From Amoebidium appalachense (taxonomy: Eukaryota > Protista > Ichthyosporea): a stretch of DNA of 64,000 nucleotides. Below are positions 1 through 63,869 of this stretch, piece by piece (position 1 is the first letter of the stretch; each line of letters opens with the position of its first letter). The DNA is taken from positions 2,464,989-2,528,988 of the forward strand of contig CAVNZM010000011.1 in NCBI GenBank assembly GCA_963693365.1. Direction: 5' to 3'. The translations under genes were made by a program, and so were the position numbers. The notes below the pieces were generated by a model. That model was not told the DNA's origin and searched no databases. It was given only the letters and a program-made list of their open reading frames with translations.

Positions 1-256
1 CGGGTGGGCACCCATGTGTGCGTGAGGGTCGAGACGTGAAGGGTGGGATGGTGTGTGTGTATGTGTGTGTGGAGGGGGGTGGGGTCGGGGGGGGGTGGAG
101 GGGGGGGGGGAATCGAACGGAGAGAATATGTTACCGAGAGAGGGGTGTTGAACAAAGAGTTGTGCATATTTTATGCTACACCGGCAAGGCAACATGACTG
201 GACTTCGAGTGCTATAAATTAAAAAAATAGGTCAAACGGGAGCGCTATAAATAGCA

Positions 257-2464
<2,208 letters not shown>

Positions 2465-3096
2465 GTCTTAGCTGTCATCAGAAGTTATGTCGTTGCTGTC
2501 ATGGTACCATGCCGATATCGGAGTCTGGCAATCAACGATGCATGGATGGAGGTAACAGTCGCAGCAAAATCGTTCTAGTAAAATCAACCACCCTCAAAAG
2601 ATTTGGTGTCAAACTGTTTAGTACTCCACGAAAGGGAACGAAGATTAAACAGAAGTTTCACGCTCAGGCGTGTTTAGCAGGTGAATGGGTACCGGTCTGT
2701 AGTACAATTCTCAAGGATCTCGACAAGACGGCTGTGCATGGAAAATCATGTGCCACACTGTGGTTATGCACCAAACTACACCAGACGCTCCCTGGTCAAG
2801 CGTTTGCCATCCACCCAAGAACGCAACATTACATGCGCAATCTGCACTGAGGTCTTTCTTTTATCTTAACTTGTGCATACTATGAGTTGACTGTTAAGGA
2901 GGGTTTTTAGCTATGAGATCTCCACATCTTGCATATTCAGTGTCGTTCTTTCAAACTTCTTTGTCAACTTTGAAGCAGGGACTGCTGCTGCAACCACTGA
3001 TCGATATGTCGTCGATCGGTTCAGGTCGCACTTTTCGGTTCGGGCGGATTATATCCACATATTGCAAATATTAGCTGCAAAGTTATGGCATATAAG

Positions 3097-3222
3097 TTTT
3101 ATTACCTGATATATAGTTATTCAGTTGGGTTTTTGTGCGGCTTGCTTGCTATATCAAAGTTTTATATACCTGGTATATAGTTATTCAGTTGGGTTTTTGT
3201 GCGGCTTGCTTGCTATATCAAA
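3097..3222. repeat. Tandem duplication, 2 x about 63 bp, between the divergent left gene and MRE11
   Basis: tatatagttattcagttgggtttttgtgcggcttgcttgctatatcaaag occurs twice, adjacent and near-identical. Confidence 0.9.
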
Positions 3223-3730
3223 GGAATAAAAATAGATTTACAGGCACGGAGAGCAGGAGAGCCTTCCAGGCTGTTCGAGCCCGCTGATCCGACAGACCCT
3301 AGTATCCTGCTTTAACAATTCTAAATATAGTCTCCAATCGTTTGCTGAGGCTCTGAAAAGGGCGCCAAAACTTTGTTTTTAGCCAAAAAAGGCTAAATCG
3401 CGCCCCTACTTCTCCCTCAACTCGACTTCGCAAGAAACCAACTTGAAAAATCTACGCGAGGTTCAACAGCGAAAGGCGTGAGAGTGCATCACTTGTCCCC
3501 AATACTATGCACGCACGTGTGGTTTGACCACTGAAATTCTAAGGGGTAACGCACGAATTTTGTAGGTGTAAGAAGGTGCAAGAGGTAGTGTTTTGTCAAA
3601 GTTGCCCTCTTCTTCCTTATTCATCCCTTAGCTTGGAAAGCTAAGCAGTAGGATTAGTCTGGGACCCTGCAAAGAGTTCTTCCTCTGAAAAATTAAGGCG
3701 TATGGCTTTAACGAGTTTGTTCGAGGTAAG

Positions 3731-3767
<37 letters not shown>

Positions 3768-4188
3768 CCCCTCCCTTCCCCCGCTCCCCCCCCCCCCCCC
3801 CCCTCCCCCTTCACCTTCTCCTCTCAGTACCTGTACTTCATCGTCTCTTTCATATTCAGTTTCTTCCTTCGTTTTCCGCAATCGCTTTGCGTCCTTAAGC
3901 TTCTATTTAATTGGTCTTGTACTAAACTACTAGTTCGGACAAATCTTCTCTTGTCTCTGTGGCTACTGTATAAATTCATCGCCTCGACATCTATGCCGAA
4001 CTCAACTTTTCTCCCTACCTGCTTGTTTGGGTAGCAATATTTTTTGGACTGGCCTCTGTCCCTCCCTCCACTTCCCCCCTCCCCTTCTTCACGAAATGCA
4101 ACCCAACACACCACATCCTGTCCCCGTCACCCCAGAAGCCCCCCCCCCCCCTCCCCCCCCCCCCCCCCCCCCCCCCCTCTTCCCCCCC

Positions 4189-4230
<42 letters not shown>

Positions 4231-4443
4231 AAAAAAAGAAGAAGAAGAAGAAGAAAGAAAGAAAGAAAGAAAGAAAAGAAAAGAAAAGAAAGTAAATAAA
4301 ATAAACGGAAAAATCCAACAGGAAACCCAAATTAATGCCGTTGTTTCCCCTTTTAGTGACTTCATACAACACTTGCGCATTTTGAGGGGCAAGGCGAAGA
4401 TAGGGACTTTGAGGCGAGAATCTTTGGATCTGCAGCCGCCACA

Positions 4444-24260
<19,817 letters not shown>

Positions 24261-25325
24261 CCTGACCTTAGCCTTTATTCGTTGGGGTCTTTTTCTTTTT
24301 ATTTTTGTTTCCCCCCCCCCCCCCCCCCCCCCTTTCCCCGGGGGGGGGGGGGGGGGGGGGAGGGGGGGGGGGGGGGAGGGGGGGGGGAGGTTTTACGGCA
24401 GGCATTTTTTTTTTTTTTTTTTTTTTTTTTGGGGGGGGGGGGGGGGGTCGTTTTCGATAGGCATGTATGAATGGGAGGAACGAATGTAAAACACGGCTTT
24501 GGTGTTTGTCGGGCTCATGTTTTCAGAAGCCGTAAACAGTCATGTGTGCCGACATTAGTTACTGCACGCGATCACTACCTCAACCCCACACAAACACAAA
24601 TATCTATCGAACACACTTGTGAACCCACCGCACGCACACGTGCACTGTAGGGATGGTTCATTTATTTATTTACTTTTTGTTCTTCTTGGTGTGTGGGTGT
24701 AGGTAGGTGGGTGCATAGGGTGTGTGTGTGTGGGGGAGGGGGGGGGGGGGGGGGGGGGGGAGGGGGGGGGGGGGGGGGGGGAGGAAGGGATTATGTGTTA
24801 TCATGCATCCATGAATAGAATTACAGGAATTTGCATGGAAAACCCACATGGCCAAAAAAAAGAGTGTATGTAAATTGGCTTACTACACAAAGTACCGTAC
24901 ATTCGAATGACTTTGTCTATCCCATTTTCCAAAATAAAAAGCCGATTCCCCGTGATTTTTTTTGTTCGAGTTACCTGTATATTGCCGTAAACCTTTCTGT
25001 TGGGTTTGAGTTTGGGTATTTTTACTTGACAGCTAAAGTTTATGTTGCTTCTTATTAGGGTGCTCTGGTGTGTGTGCACTCATGGACTGTGTGCTTTCAC
25101 CTAATTAGATTCTCCTTTGAGTGCTCAGTGCAGAGTCTCCCCTTTCCAAAAAAGCAAAGCTGTTGTACGTGTTGACTTGTGTTGAGCCCTCGAGATCCGG
25201 AGCTGGCATGGGAGAATGATTGGATGTAATTGATGTTTTGTGTGTGTGTGTGTGTCCGCGCTTGTGGGCGTGTGTGCGTGTGTTCGTGTGTGCATGCGCG
25301 CGCATGTGTGTGTGGGGAGGGAGGT

Positions 25326-25360
<35 letters not shown>

Positions 25361-26131
25361 TCGCAGTTGCTTTGGACATTTTCACTCAGTCTAATTAGGG
25401 TGTACAATTCTAGTACTTGCAACACGGGGTCAACGGGCTTCCGACTGGTGTTCAGTTGCGCACAACACGTTGCTTTCGGTTTCAGGACAAAGAGTTTCAA
25501 TTTACTCGTGTGGTTAAATAAATAATAAATATATACGCACAGCATGTCCAAGTTGCTTACGGTGTTTATTCTCCCAACTGCTCGCTGGTGAATTCTGGTC
25601 TGCTCTGTTCCGGCCACCTCGGTGATTCGGTCGCAAACACCTGCACCAAATCTTCGTGTCTCCATGTGTAGCCCCAAAAATGCACAATCCCGACCCCCAG
25701 CAGCTCCGGATCCCACATATTTGACGGATAACATTCGTTCTGAACTCAACGTACATAGTTAATGATCGACAGTTACAGCTGTAAGGTATCGATATAAGTA
25801 GAACATCTATGAAAACTACTCCGGGACGTGTGTTGCCTCTAGGGGGACATCCCCTTGGACGAAAGTGAACCTGCAATGGTTGTAAACCACGGCAAGCCCC
25901 CAGTCATCAATTTATTGATCCATGAGGTCCTTGTGCCCAAAAAACGGGGGAAGTCTTCGCCCCGTGAAAAAACAGCACGTATGTGGGGATCAATGGGGGT
26001 TGAGTGTAGGGTGTAGGTGGGTGGGTGAAAAAGAAAATATAGCTGTAAAGCTGTAGGTGCTAAACACAGAAGATGTGTTTGTTGCTTGCTGATCTGCTAA
26101 AAACTGTCGTGCTTATATACCTAAGGCTACC

Positions 26132-26220
26132 GATCTGAGCCAATCAAAATCGATCTAGTGTTATGTGAAATCTGATCCTGAGCCAATCAAACTCGGTCTA
26201 GTGATCTGTGGAATCTGATG
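26132..26220. promoter_or_regulatory. Two about 45-bp repeats, each with a CCAAT box (agCCAATca)
   Basis: ctgagccaatcaaa...tctagtg...tgtg.aatctgat occurs twice and matches the NF-Y-type RRCCAATSR consensus. Promoter function is inferred only. Confidence 0.35.
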
Positions 26221-26415
26221 TTTTGATCGGCTAATAGGTGCCCGTATGCGGGCAGCCGAACGCGAACTGCTAAAACATGCAACGAAGCCTGTTGATATCA
26301 GACACCCATCCTACGTGTTTACCCAGAAAAATATTTATGTCAATAATTTCCACAAATAAAACCTGTACAACCAAATTTGGTTTGGGCCTTGGGCCGGGGG
26401 GTTGTTCTGAGCGTT

Positions 26416-26454
<39 letters not shown>

Positions 26455-27607
26455 ACCCACACACACACACACGCCCCCCTCATCTGCAAGGTCGAGGAGG
26501 GAGATTTCAAGCCCCCGGGCATCCCCCCCCCCCCCCCCCCCCCCCCGGCCCCCACCACCTGTTTGTTAGGGCAAAGAGAGAGATCATAGGGGGAGAGGGG
26601 GGGAGGAGGCGGGGGGGATGGGGCACGGGGGGAGGGGGAGCCAGTGACGTGTATACCCTAGCACCCTCTGGCCGCTCTGTGACTGCTCCATGGCAAAAAA
26701 GGCTGGTCCAGACCCCCGGGCCACCTTCCTATGCTGTGTTGCAATTAATCAACGATCCACAACCCAGGCCCACTCGGTCCGCAACGTTTTGTGCTTGCTT
26801 TTAACAATAACAAGTCCGCAAAAGTAGTAAAATTCCCGGAGAGGTGGTAACCGTTACATGCGCATGCATATTACACGCCCCACGATGGGAAGTGTTGGGT
26901 ACACACTCAGGCAATATTTACCGTGGCTTGCATCACTCATCCATATATTCAAGATATTTTATTTCCTATACACATTGAGGCGATATTTACAGTAGGTTTC
27001 GACTTTGTCATCTATTCATTACACATTCGGTAACTTTGTCTTATAAACGTATTCAGGAAACATTCGTCATTATACACACATTCAGGCGACGCTTGTCATA
27101 CATACGTAATGGTATTCAGAAAACACTTGCGTTATACACACTTTCATTGGATACCTTTGCCATCTCTTAATATTTACCATTTAGCCCCAACTTCTTGGTC
27201 ATCTATCTACATTGATCAGAAACCAAAGCAACAGAGCGAAACAAAGGACCGTTGGCCTAAAAACAACAGTTAGTCACAGAAACACCCAAAATGCCCACTC
27301 CATACTGTACTACCAGACTGACTTTCTGCGTTTTGGGAAAACATCTGACTGGAAGGTCCAAAATAGCACTAGTATGCTGATAACTACCGCTAACATCCGA
27401 ATTCTGTGTCCAGGGCAGGGTCAAAACTTATATTATATAATCAGAGAGTGCACTATAGGTCCGTGAGGGGAGGAGAGGGGAGGGTTGCTGACAAAGACAC
27501 ATGAATATGTGCAAAGGTAGACATGTCGGTGTGTGCATGCACGTACATGTTTGTGTGTTTGCGCATGTAGACGTGTGTATTTTACACCAAGACACAGTGT
27601 TTTTATG

Positions 27608-46079
<18,472 letters not shown>

Positions 46080-46729
46080 GGCCGGTGTGTGATTGCCACA
46101 GGTTGGTTCTGGGGTGGTGCGAAATGCTTGATTGTAGCAAGCTGACCGCAACCAGACAACAGCGGCTGCTAACGCTACAATAACATGGTGTGCACCAAAC
46201 TCAGGCTGCAGCCAGCTACCTTTTGAGGTGGTTCTTATTTTTCACTTGAGGAAAGTAGAGTACATAGCCCACCGTCACACCACCGTCAGAATGTGATCAC
46301 GCAGGACGATATAACGGGCATGTTTGCGCAATCCTTTTATCTCGCCGCCCGTCTATCTCGCCGGTATCTCATGGCCTAGGCTCTTTTGAAACAGCCCTGG
46401 CAAAAGACGACGAAAGAAGCAAAGAAGCTCAAAAGCGGACTGTTCTCCCTTCGGTGATATCAAGCAATCTCCCCCCCCCCCCGCTAAAACCCCCTCTCCA
46501 ACCCGCCCCCCCCTCCCCCCTCCCCCCCCCCCCCCGAGTCCCCCCCCCCCGGTCCCCTGCAGCCCCGCCCTCGTGTACATTGAGATGCTGGATGAGCTTA
46601 GTAGCACACTGCACACGTAGCCATGGGCCGTGCGCCACCGACTGAGTTATGTACTAAGGCCTAGGGTGCAATTGCACTCCGGAAAGTACATCGTGTAGCA
46701 TCAACGATGATGTGGGTTGACCTTTGGGG

Positions 46730-46764
<35 letters not shown>

Positions 46765-47438
46765 CTGTGCTTATGATTGCGTGCGTAAAATTGGCGGGTG
46801 TCATACACTGATGCACGTGCATGCTTGTGTAAGTGCTGACTAAAGTTTAAGCGTTCGAGTGAGTACAGTGATTGATGTGGTTACCCGGACATGACAAGCA
46901 CGTTTATGTTTGTAGTCACGGCGCGTGTTAGCGTGTGTGTGCACACGCGTGTGTGTGTCGTGTGTGTGTCTTTGTGTACAGGCTTGCGCGTGTGTATTGT
47001 GATGAGACCATGCATCCGGGTGTGGGGGTGGTGCGTGTTCCATTGTGTCTAGATGAAAATTTCAAAAAAACCGCTAAAAGCCCGCTGACCTCTCTGGATG
47101 GGAGTGCCCCCGGCAGGCTACAAGTATGTATGCTTGTTTTTTAGAAAAGAAAAAACATAAGAGATTTTCAAAAGAGTTCGTTTGCTGATGTGCTCCACCA
47201 AAGTGTTGCAGATTATGTTGAACAAACCATAATTCTTGAGCCATATTTAGTTTCTGCTTCCAAGTATATTTCGTCCTCAAAGTGATGCGTGCTGTTTCTG
47301 TGCGTCTGGAGGCCAGAAAGACGCTGGATAGGGTAAAGAGCAGCTCAGAGAGGGAGGGGGGGGGGGGGGGGGGGGGGGGGGAATGGAGGGGAGGGGGGCA
47401 GGAGGGGGGGAGGGGAGGGGAGAGTGAGAGGGGGGGGG

Positions 47439-47483
<45 letters not shown>

Positions 47484-47614
47484 GGGGGGGGAGAGAGAGA
47501 AAAAAAGAGAAACAGAGAGGGGGGGGGGGGGGGGGGGAGGGGGGAGGACAAAGAGAGGAGGGGGGATATGGGGGAAAGGGGTGGGGGAGGGTTGGGGGGG
47601 GGGGGGGGGGGGGG

Positions 47615-47653
<39 letters not shown>

Positions 47654-49178
47654 GGTTCTAAACTTGATGAGCACACCATCTCTACAAGTACGTACACTTT
47701 GCATGGGACACAAATTGGAAGAAGTTTATAGTAAAAAAAAAAAAAAAAATGAAGCTCGTGGTCACCGCTCTAAGGCGCCTTGCCCTCCCCTCTCCCTCTC
47801 CCCCCCCCGCCCCTCCGAAAAGGGCCTTGCACCTGGGATGGCAGGCTGCACGGCGGACCGGGTTTACACACTTTTTATATACCAGGCCCCCAAACAGGGG
47901 GTGCACTATTTATCGATCGGTCCGGGGGGAACATGGCATGCGATTTAACCGGCTAGCAGTCTTCATAGATCAAATTTAACCTCGGGGGATTGGTGAAACA
48001 AATCATTTTTGAAACAAGGTATTACTAGACTACTAGACGGACTCGAGCAAACAGGAACTAGATATTGCGACAACACAAACGGTAAGTGAAAAACAAATAA
48101 AAATTCAAGTCTATTATTATTTTTATTTAGGCTCTTTTCTGTTATTGCGTAAGCAGTCGTTTCTACATGGCGGCCCAGTAGTAGTGGCTTGCAAATATTA
48201 GCTATAATATTTTCTATAGCTTATTAATTCGTCGTCATATATACATATAGCATTTTTCGTTGTCTTCTAAACATTGTTACAACTATGCCGTGCAATATAC
48301 TTGCACGTCTATCGGTTGAACAATTTTTTAATGAACAAAAAGTATAGTCAAGAGAAAAAATTAATTTGAAATTTTTGATTGCTTCTCTTTTCATGAGCAT
48401 ATCAATAAAATCATTATAAAAACTTTTCTTGTCACACCTTGTGGGTGTTCATCATTACATTGTGTGGGGAGACGTGGGGAGACTACCCATCGCAAACTCA
48501 AAAGACCACCCAAAAGGGGTGTCGCTCAAGGGAGACTGGCTTTTGAGTTTGTCCGACGGAACAAAAGCAAATTGCCTGTGCGAAAACACTGTTTAACTAG
48601 TGTTTTCGCACGCGTGTGCTTGCTGTTTCCAGAACACGGCCAACTATAGGAGCCTAAACGGCCAGCTGAGTAGCTATCCACCCCGTGTGTTTCTTGCTAA
48701 GGCCACTCCTCTAAGTTCAACAGCTCGGATGTTCACTGGGAACCTACATATGTAACCCAGGATTGAACTCCTTTGGCCCCAAAGCATACGCCGGGAGAAA
48801 TCCGCAAACGAAAAACGAATACAGCTGGCTTTTACAGCTTGTTTAGTTGCTCCCTTCACACCTTTTGTAACATCCTCACGTGACTCCAGCAGGGTACTGC
48901 ACGAAGACTCGCCGGTTCGCACATTGGAAGACTTGGCAATGCTATTGTGCAGGAAAGGATGAACCAGGTATCCACGAGAATATCCTGGTGAACTTGTGCT
49001 TCCGAAAGTTTTTTTTGACATTTACCTTTGTACACGGTGTGCGTTACTTGCACTCCCAGCTGTCAATCAGAACAACTCAATAGAGAACTGGGATCTCGAG
49101 GAGAAAGGTGGAGTTTATGAACGGAGAGCCGTTAAACAAAACCTTGTTGCCTAGACCAGCTACCATAACGACATAAAC

Positions 49179-50966
49179 ATGCGCGCAGTCAGCAGTTACG
49201 CAGCTGGCCGCAGCCTCCTGGCCCCTCTCGAAACTCGCGAATATGTGCGGGTAGTGGCTGATGACGAGTTTGGGTTTTGTGAGTCGCTACCCCCCAGGCT
49301 TTACGGCAAGATAACAGCAGATCAGTGGGATGCGTTTGTGGGCCGAGTGAATGAGGTAACGGCAGCTAACGTGACCACTCTTGACTCGCCCATGTTAATG
49401 GTATGTGCGCCCCGGCCCCTTCCACCCCTGCGGCTATTTTTCGTATCGCGTTACCCTGCTTTTACACGCTTTATTCCTTCCCCCCTTCCCACTTCTGCCC
49501 CACCCATCCACCACCACCGCCGCCACCGGCTGGTTTTTTCCTCCTTATCACACGCGTGTGTGTGTGAAGGTGCGGTGGTGTGAGGAAAAAATTGCGCTAT
49601 GTTCTTCGGACTTAACACCTGCTTTGCAACAGCGTATCGGTGTCTGCTTCGCTTTCTTCCCCCCCTCCCTAGTCTCCAAGGCTATGTACCCACTGGCTTA
49701 CGTAAGTGGCCGGGCACTACTACGCCGCGGGACGTCTCCGGTTGGGTCTATGAATTCCTGTTGGGCATTCGGAACGCTTGGTTATCTTGTAGGTCCAATA
49801 GGAATGCTATATTTTCTGTTGGGCAATAGGAACGCTTTTCTAAATTGTTGTTGGGCAATAGCAACGCTTCCTTAATCCCCATTAAAATATTAATGTGACT
49901 TTGAACCAATCATATGCTGTAAATTTAAAATTGTTTGCGCAATCAGACACTTTGTCTAGTGACTGTCGCCTGCGGCGAGCCGAGCCGCAGGGAGACAGTC
50001 ACTCAATGTGACTACCCCCCTCCCCCCGCCCAACCACACACACACGCGTGCGCACACACACACACACACAGAAAAAAAAAAGAGGGGAAAAAAGAAAAGA
50101 AAAGCGAACAAGACACGGGAAAGGAAATGAAGAAGCTCCTGTTCCCTTTTGAGTCAGTTGGGGTGTGCAACAGGAGCGTTTTTCACTTCAACATACATAC
50201 ACATCATATGCTAAACACACATGCGTGCTCGCGTGCACACACACGCGCGCACACAAGCACACGCGCGCACACGCGCATACACACACGTGTTGCAATAAAA
50301 GGCCAAAAAAAAAAAAAAAAAAAAAGACTGGCTGCAAACCTAATGTACATGTAGTGGATATGCCACAAGCCCATCCTGATATTTGTGGTTGATCAAACGT
50401 GAAATTGCACCTGCAACCATTTTTCCCCCCTTCATTCCGCTCACTCACTCTTTGTCGCTCTTCTGTAGCACCTATGCAAGTCAGTCTCCATTGCTATATG
50501 CTCATGCACCCGTAGCTGTCATTTTGGCGAATGTGTATCTCATTGTTACCATTTTCACCCACACGCCCCTAGGCACTCCCATTCTTTTATCAGTAAACCT
50601 TTGCCAAACATCTACAAATATGCTTCTGCCTACTACATCATGAAGGTGCTTCCCCCTTCTTTTGCCTGTCACTCTTTTTCTAACAAATGTATTTTTCCAC
50701 CAGAATATGGCATTTATAGGCAGTCAGTTTCTCAGTCCCCTCCTCTCTGTCGTGGCACCGTGCTTTGGTGCCCCGACTAGTGCCAAGACCTCCACGGTGG
50801 ATGCAGTCATAGCCAGCTACAGGAATTCCTTGTTTGCTGGTGTGTGCAACATTCAGTATATATGGGTAAATCTCCACACCCCCTCACCCTCCCCCCCCCC
50901 CCCCCCCCCCCCCCTGCGTGCCCTTCCTACCTAAAAGAGGATAAAGAGAAAGGGAACACGAACAGG

Positions 50967-51020
<54 letters not shown>

Positions 51021-52210
51021 TAGGGGGGGGGAGGGGGGGGGGGACGGACGCACTCTCACACACACACATATGCCCCTTTTAGTCTTCTAAACTATGCAAC
51101 CGACCTTTACATAAGTCCGTCTATAGTAACTCCTACGTCCGTCCGCCCCTCCCTTCCCGTCCTCCCCTCTTCTCCCCGCTCCTTCCCCTCCCAACCGAGC
51201 ACGGTCTCAAAGCTGTTGTGGAATGCCATTTTTCTGTAAGTACCAGTATGAGCCCCCCCCCCCCCTTTTTTTTTTTCCAGTTTGCTTCCTGTTTACCAAT
51301 GTGCTAACAATGAACTGTGGACTGCAGAGAGATATTGCCATCAAGCAGCCGGGCAACGGCATTGGTGCAAAGTCAAAGACAGTCCTTAAAAGGATACACG
51401 TGCTGCAATTTGATTTGCCGGACGACGACCACGACGATCAGGCAGAGCCTGCCATGCTCGAACCGCCCGACAAGTGGTCCAGAAATGTAAGTAGGGATGT
51501 GTGCTTTTCATGGCGGGCAGGTTTACGTGTTGTCTTGTGTCTGTGGCTTCTACTGTGGTTTTTCTCTCTCTCTTTTTTTTTTTTTTAAAGATGGAGGGAT
51601 TGAATAGCGGTACGAGAGGCAGCTGGGTAAAATTAACTAGAGGAGTTCTTAGTGAAGGGGCATGGGAAGGGAGGGGGAGAAAAAAGAGGGGGGGGGGGGG
51701 GGGGTTAGAACTTGCAGCAGCTACACTGTCCGAGCGCTGCCGTGTTTTTTTTTTTTTTTTTTTTTTTTTTTTTGAGCCATAGTGTGATCGTTTTAGGGTT
51801 TGCTTGAGCTGACATGCAGGTATTTCATGTGCCCGTACACTAACCACACACGGCTGCACACCCCTGTCACAAATGTTACAATCACACCAACCCGCGCGCG
51901 CACACACACATACACGAACACACGCGCGCGCACACACACCCACACACACACACGAACATACACACACGCACAGGATCTCATGCTCAGCCCCCTCATCTAC
52001 AAGGCGAGTATGGGGGGAGACCTTCCAATGCTCCACGCCATCGGCCACGCAGCTGACGTTAAAGCACCAGTTGATGATAAGGGAGCAGGCACCATTAAGC
52101 CCCCTCTGGTAGGATTACGATTCAACGAATCAGATGAGGGGATCGATTTCGACGACCAATGGGATATGGAGCCTGCCGTTAACGTGACTGGAACTGCCCG
52201 ATCGTGTTAG
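49179..52210 (+). CDS. Erf4/Golgin-A7/CHIC-like protein, 4 exons, 259 aa
   Basis: Exons 49179-49400, 50704-50865, 51328-51486, 51974-52210, all phase 0 with good GT-AG sites. FCESLPPRLYGKITADQWDAFVGRVNE resembles, from memory, the Erf4-domain N-terminal pattern (F..xP..L.GK....F...I.RVN); a hydrophobic segment follows. The gene model is firmer than the family call. Confidence 0.7.
49755..49872. repeat. Degenerate tandem repeat, 4 copies, about 30-bp period
   Basis: Core tgttgggcaataggaacgctt with variants. Confidence 0.75.
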
Positions 52211-54248
52211 GAGCGTGTGGAATCTATTAAGCAAATGTTTTGTTTTTCTTTAAATCTGCAGGAGAATTGATTATTGTGAGTATGTGGGATGGGAGAGGAC
52301 ATAGAAGGGAATAGGTTTGTGTGCACGTCTCATATGATATGATCATGGCCCTGGGCACTATTCCTATACATACACGATAGATTAGACCATAGCCGGAGAT
52401 TTGAGATTTAAGGTTTCCTTAAGGCCTCAATCACATGCTTTCCAAAAGCATTACGACCCAAACGAATTGTACATAGCGAAAACACATGTGTAGCAAGTTT
52501 GTACGTACGCAAAACGCAATCATAAGCCTCACCTTGTCGTTTAGTCTTGACGAACTTAAACCTTTTTGTTTAACACCTACATACACCTAAACGGCGTACC
52601 ACGAGTTGTACCTAGAGCAGAAGGGTTCAAAGCGTAACCCATGGACGTGGGTTTAGCGAGTGATTCTGCAACTTAATAACCAGATGGATCATTGAACAGG
52701 GGCATTATATTTGACATAAATGTTGACCCAACCGTATGCCTTGGCTTTAGGTTTCATTTGTAGCCATCTAGATAAATGTTTTCTTTTTGTCTTTGAGCAA
52801 AGGGGGAAATGCTACTGGTGGCGGCGGAAAGACTTCCCCCCGCGGCAGCAGTGGCCAGGGGGGGAGGGGAGGGGGAGGGGGGGGGGGGGGAGCCGACGTG
52901 AGAAAGACGAAAAATTAAATGTGACTGGCAAATGGTGCTCAGCATGGTGGGCATGTGTGCCCCTGTTGCATCCCGCATGTGTGCCCCTGTTGCATCCCGC
53001 ATCTTGGCGATCACATCGATATCCTGGCCATGCATGGACCACAACCACGTCTAAATTTCACCCACGGGCCAATCATAAACCCCTCGAGCTTCGCGATCAA
53101 AATGTAGACCGACAGTCTTCCTGGAATCCCCCTGCGCGCCCCCGCGCAAAAAAGAAAGGAAAGAAAGAAAGAAAGAAAAAACCATTTTAAACACACACAC
53201 ACCGCGCGCGCGCGCGCGTGTTGCCCGCAGGCGCATGCGCAATGCGCACATGCGCGCGCAAACGCACGCATGCAAACTTGCAGTAACACGCGAGTCATGC
53301 ACACACACGCACATGCATGCGCACGCTTACACAAGCACATCTATACACGAATGCAAGAACACAAGCACACAAGCACACACGCGCATTCGCACACACACAC
53401 ACCGTGCGCACGCACACACACACCGCACAGACACCCATGCACGCCCACACACACATACAAGCACAAACACACACGATTCAAAACGAAGGCAAATCAAGTG
53501 CTGTGATGAGAGCGATACGACACTATAAATAATGAATTATTATTTTCGGCGAACCAGTTGGTCCAGTTTACTGATATGGCCATTTCAAGCCGTCTTAGTA
53601 AGCAAAGTGACGAGAGAAAGATGAAATTAACCCAATGACATTATTATTAATTATACCGGATTCTCAGCATTTCAACATTATTACCATACGTGCTCGGCAT
53701 CGCGACAAACATTCACACAACGTTCGTGCTTACATTCCAGTCTCTGCATATACATGCTAAGCCTATATACTACAGGTTGGAATTCATCCGAATTTACAAA
53801 CATTTTATGCATGTTTAAGCATTCGGAAAAAAAAAAGAAAACACTAAGGATTTAACAGCGGCTGCCGCGCAGTTTTGTGGGATGATAATACAAATACTCA
53901 ACATGAACTTTTTCAAGCCCCCCAATTTCCATGCTTTTGCAAGTCCCTATGCCCCAACTGTCACCAGAAATGTCTGCACAATACATACACTTTTTGTCTT
54001 ACAGGTCATCCTAGGTGAAAACTTACTACCACCAATTTCTATACCTCTGTAGGAAAAAATGACTCTCGTATATTATTAACGTTAACGAGCAGACATATTC
54101 TGTTTAATAATTTGGTGTCCATAGTGCTTTCGAGTATTTCGTTTGTCCTAACAACACATTCTTATTCAACAGCACCTTACATGAATACATTACTTCATAT
54201 CAATTAGCAGCCAATCATAGTTGGCGAATATCATTCATTGGGTGTGGG

Positions 54249-63551
<9,303 letters not shown>

Positions 63552-63632
63552 CTGCTAGGGCATGATATCTGCCCGGGGCATATTACAATTAATAAATGAT
63601 ACATGCTGAGGCTGAGAGGATAGAGAGGGGGA

Positions 63633-63704
<72 letters not shown>

Positions 63705-63838
63705 TTGGGAGAGAGAGAGGGGGGGGGGGTTGAATGCGTCATAAAGTACGAAGTACACAAGAACAAGCGGATAACACGATGCAGAATGCAAGCCATACAT
63801 AAAGGGTATGCATAATAAGCAGGGGGGAGAGTATATGT

Positions 63839-63869
<31 letters not shown>

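Noticed and set aside
2468-2470. Stop-codon reassignment suggested by an in-frame TAA
   Set aside because: About 2,300 codons in the four well-supported genes contain no internal TAA, TAG or TGA, and Gln is encoded by CAA/CAG.
25690-25735. VKYVGSGAAGG as a kinase glycine-rich loop
   Set aside because: No downstream VAIK, HRD or DFG motifs in any plausible exon.
48674-49021. 115-aa repeat-free ORF on the minus strand
   Set aside because: No recognisable motifs or supporting splice structure; it lies in the probable promoter region of the Erf4-like gene.
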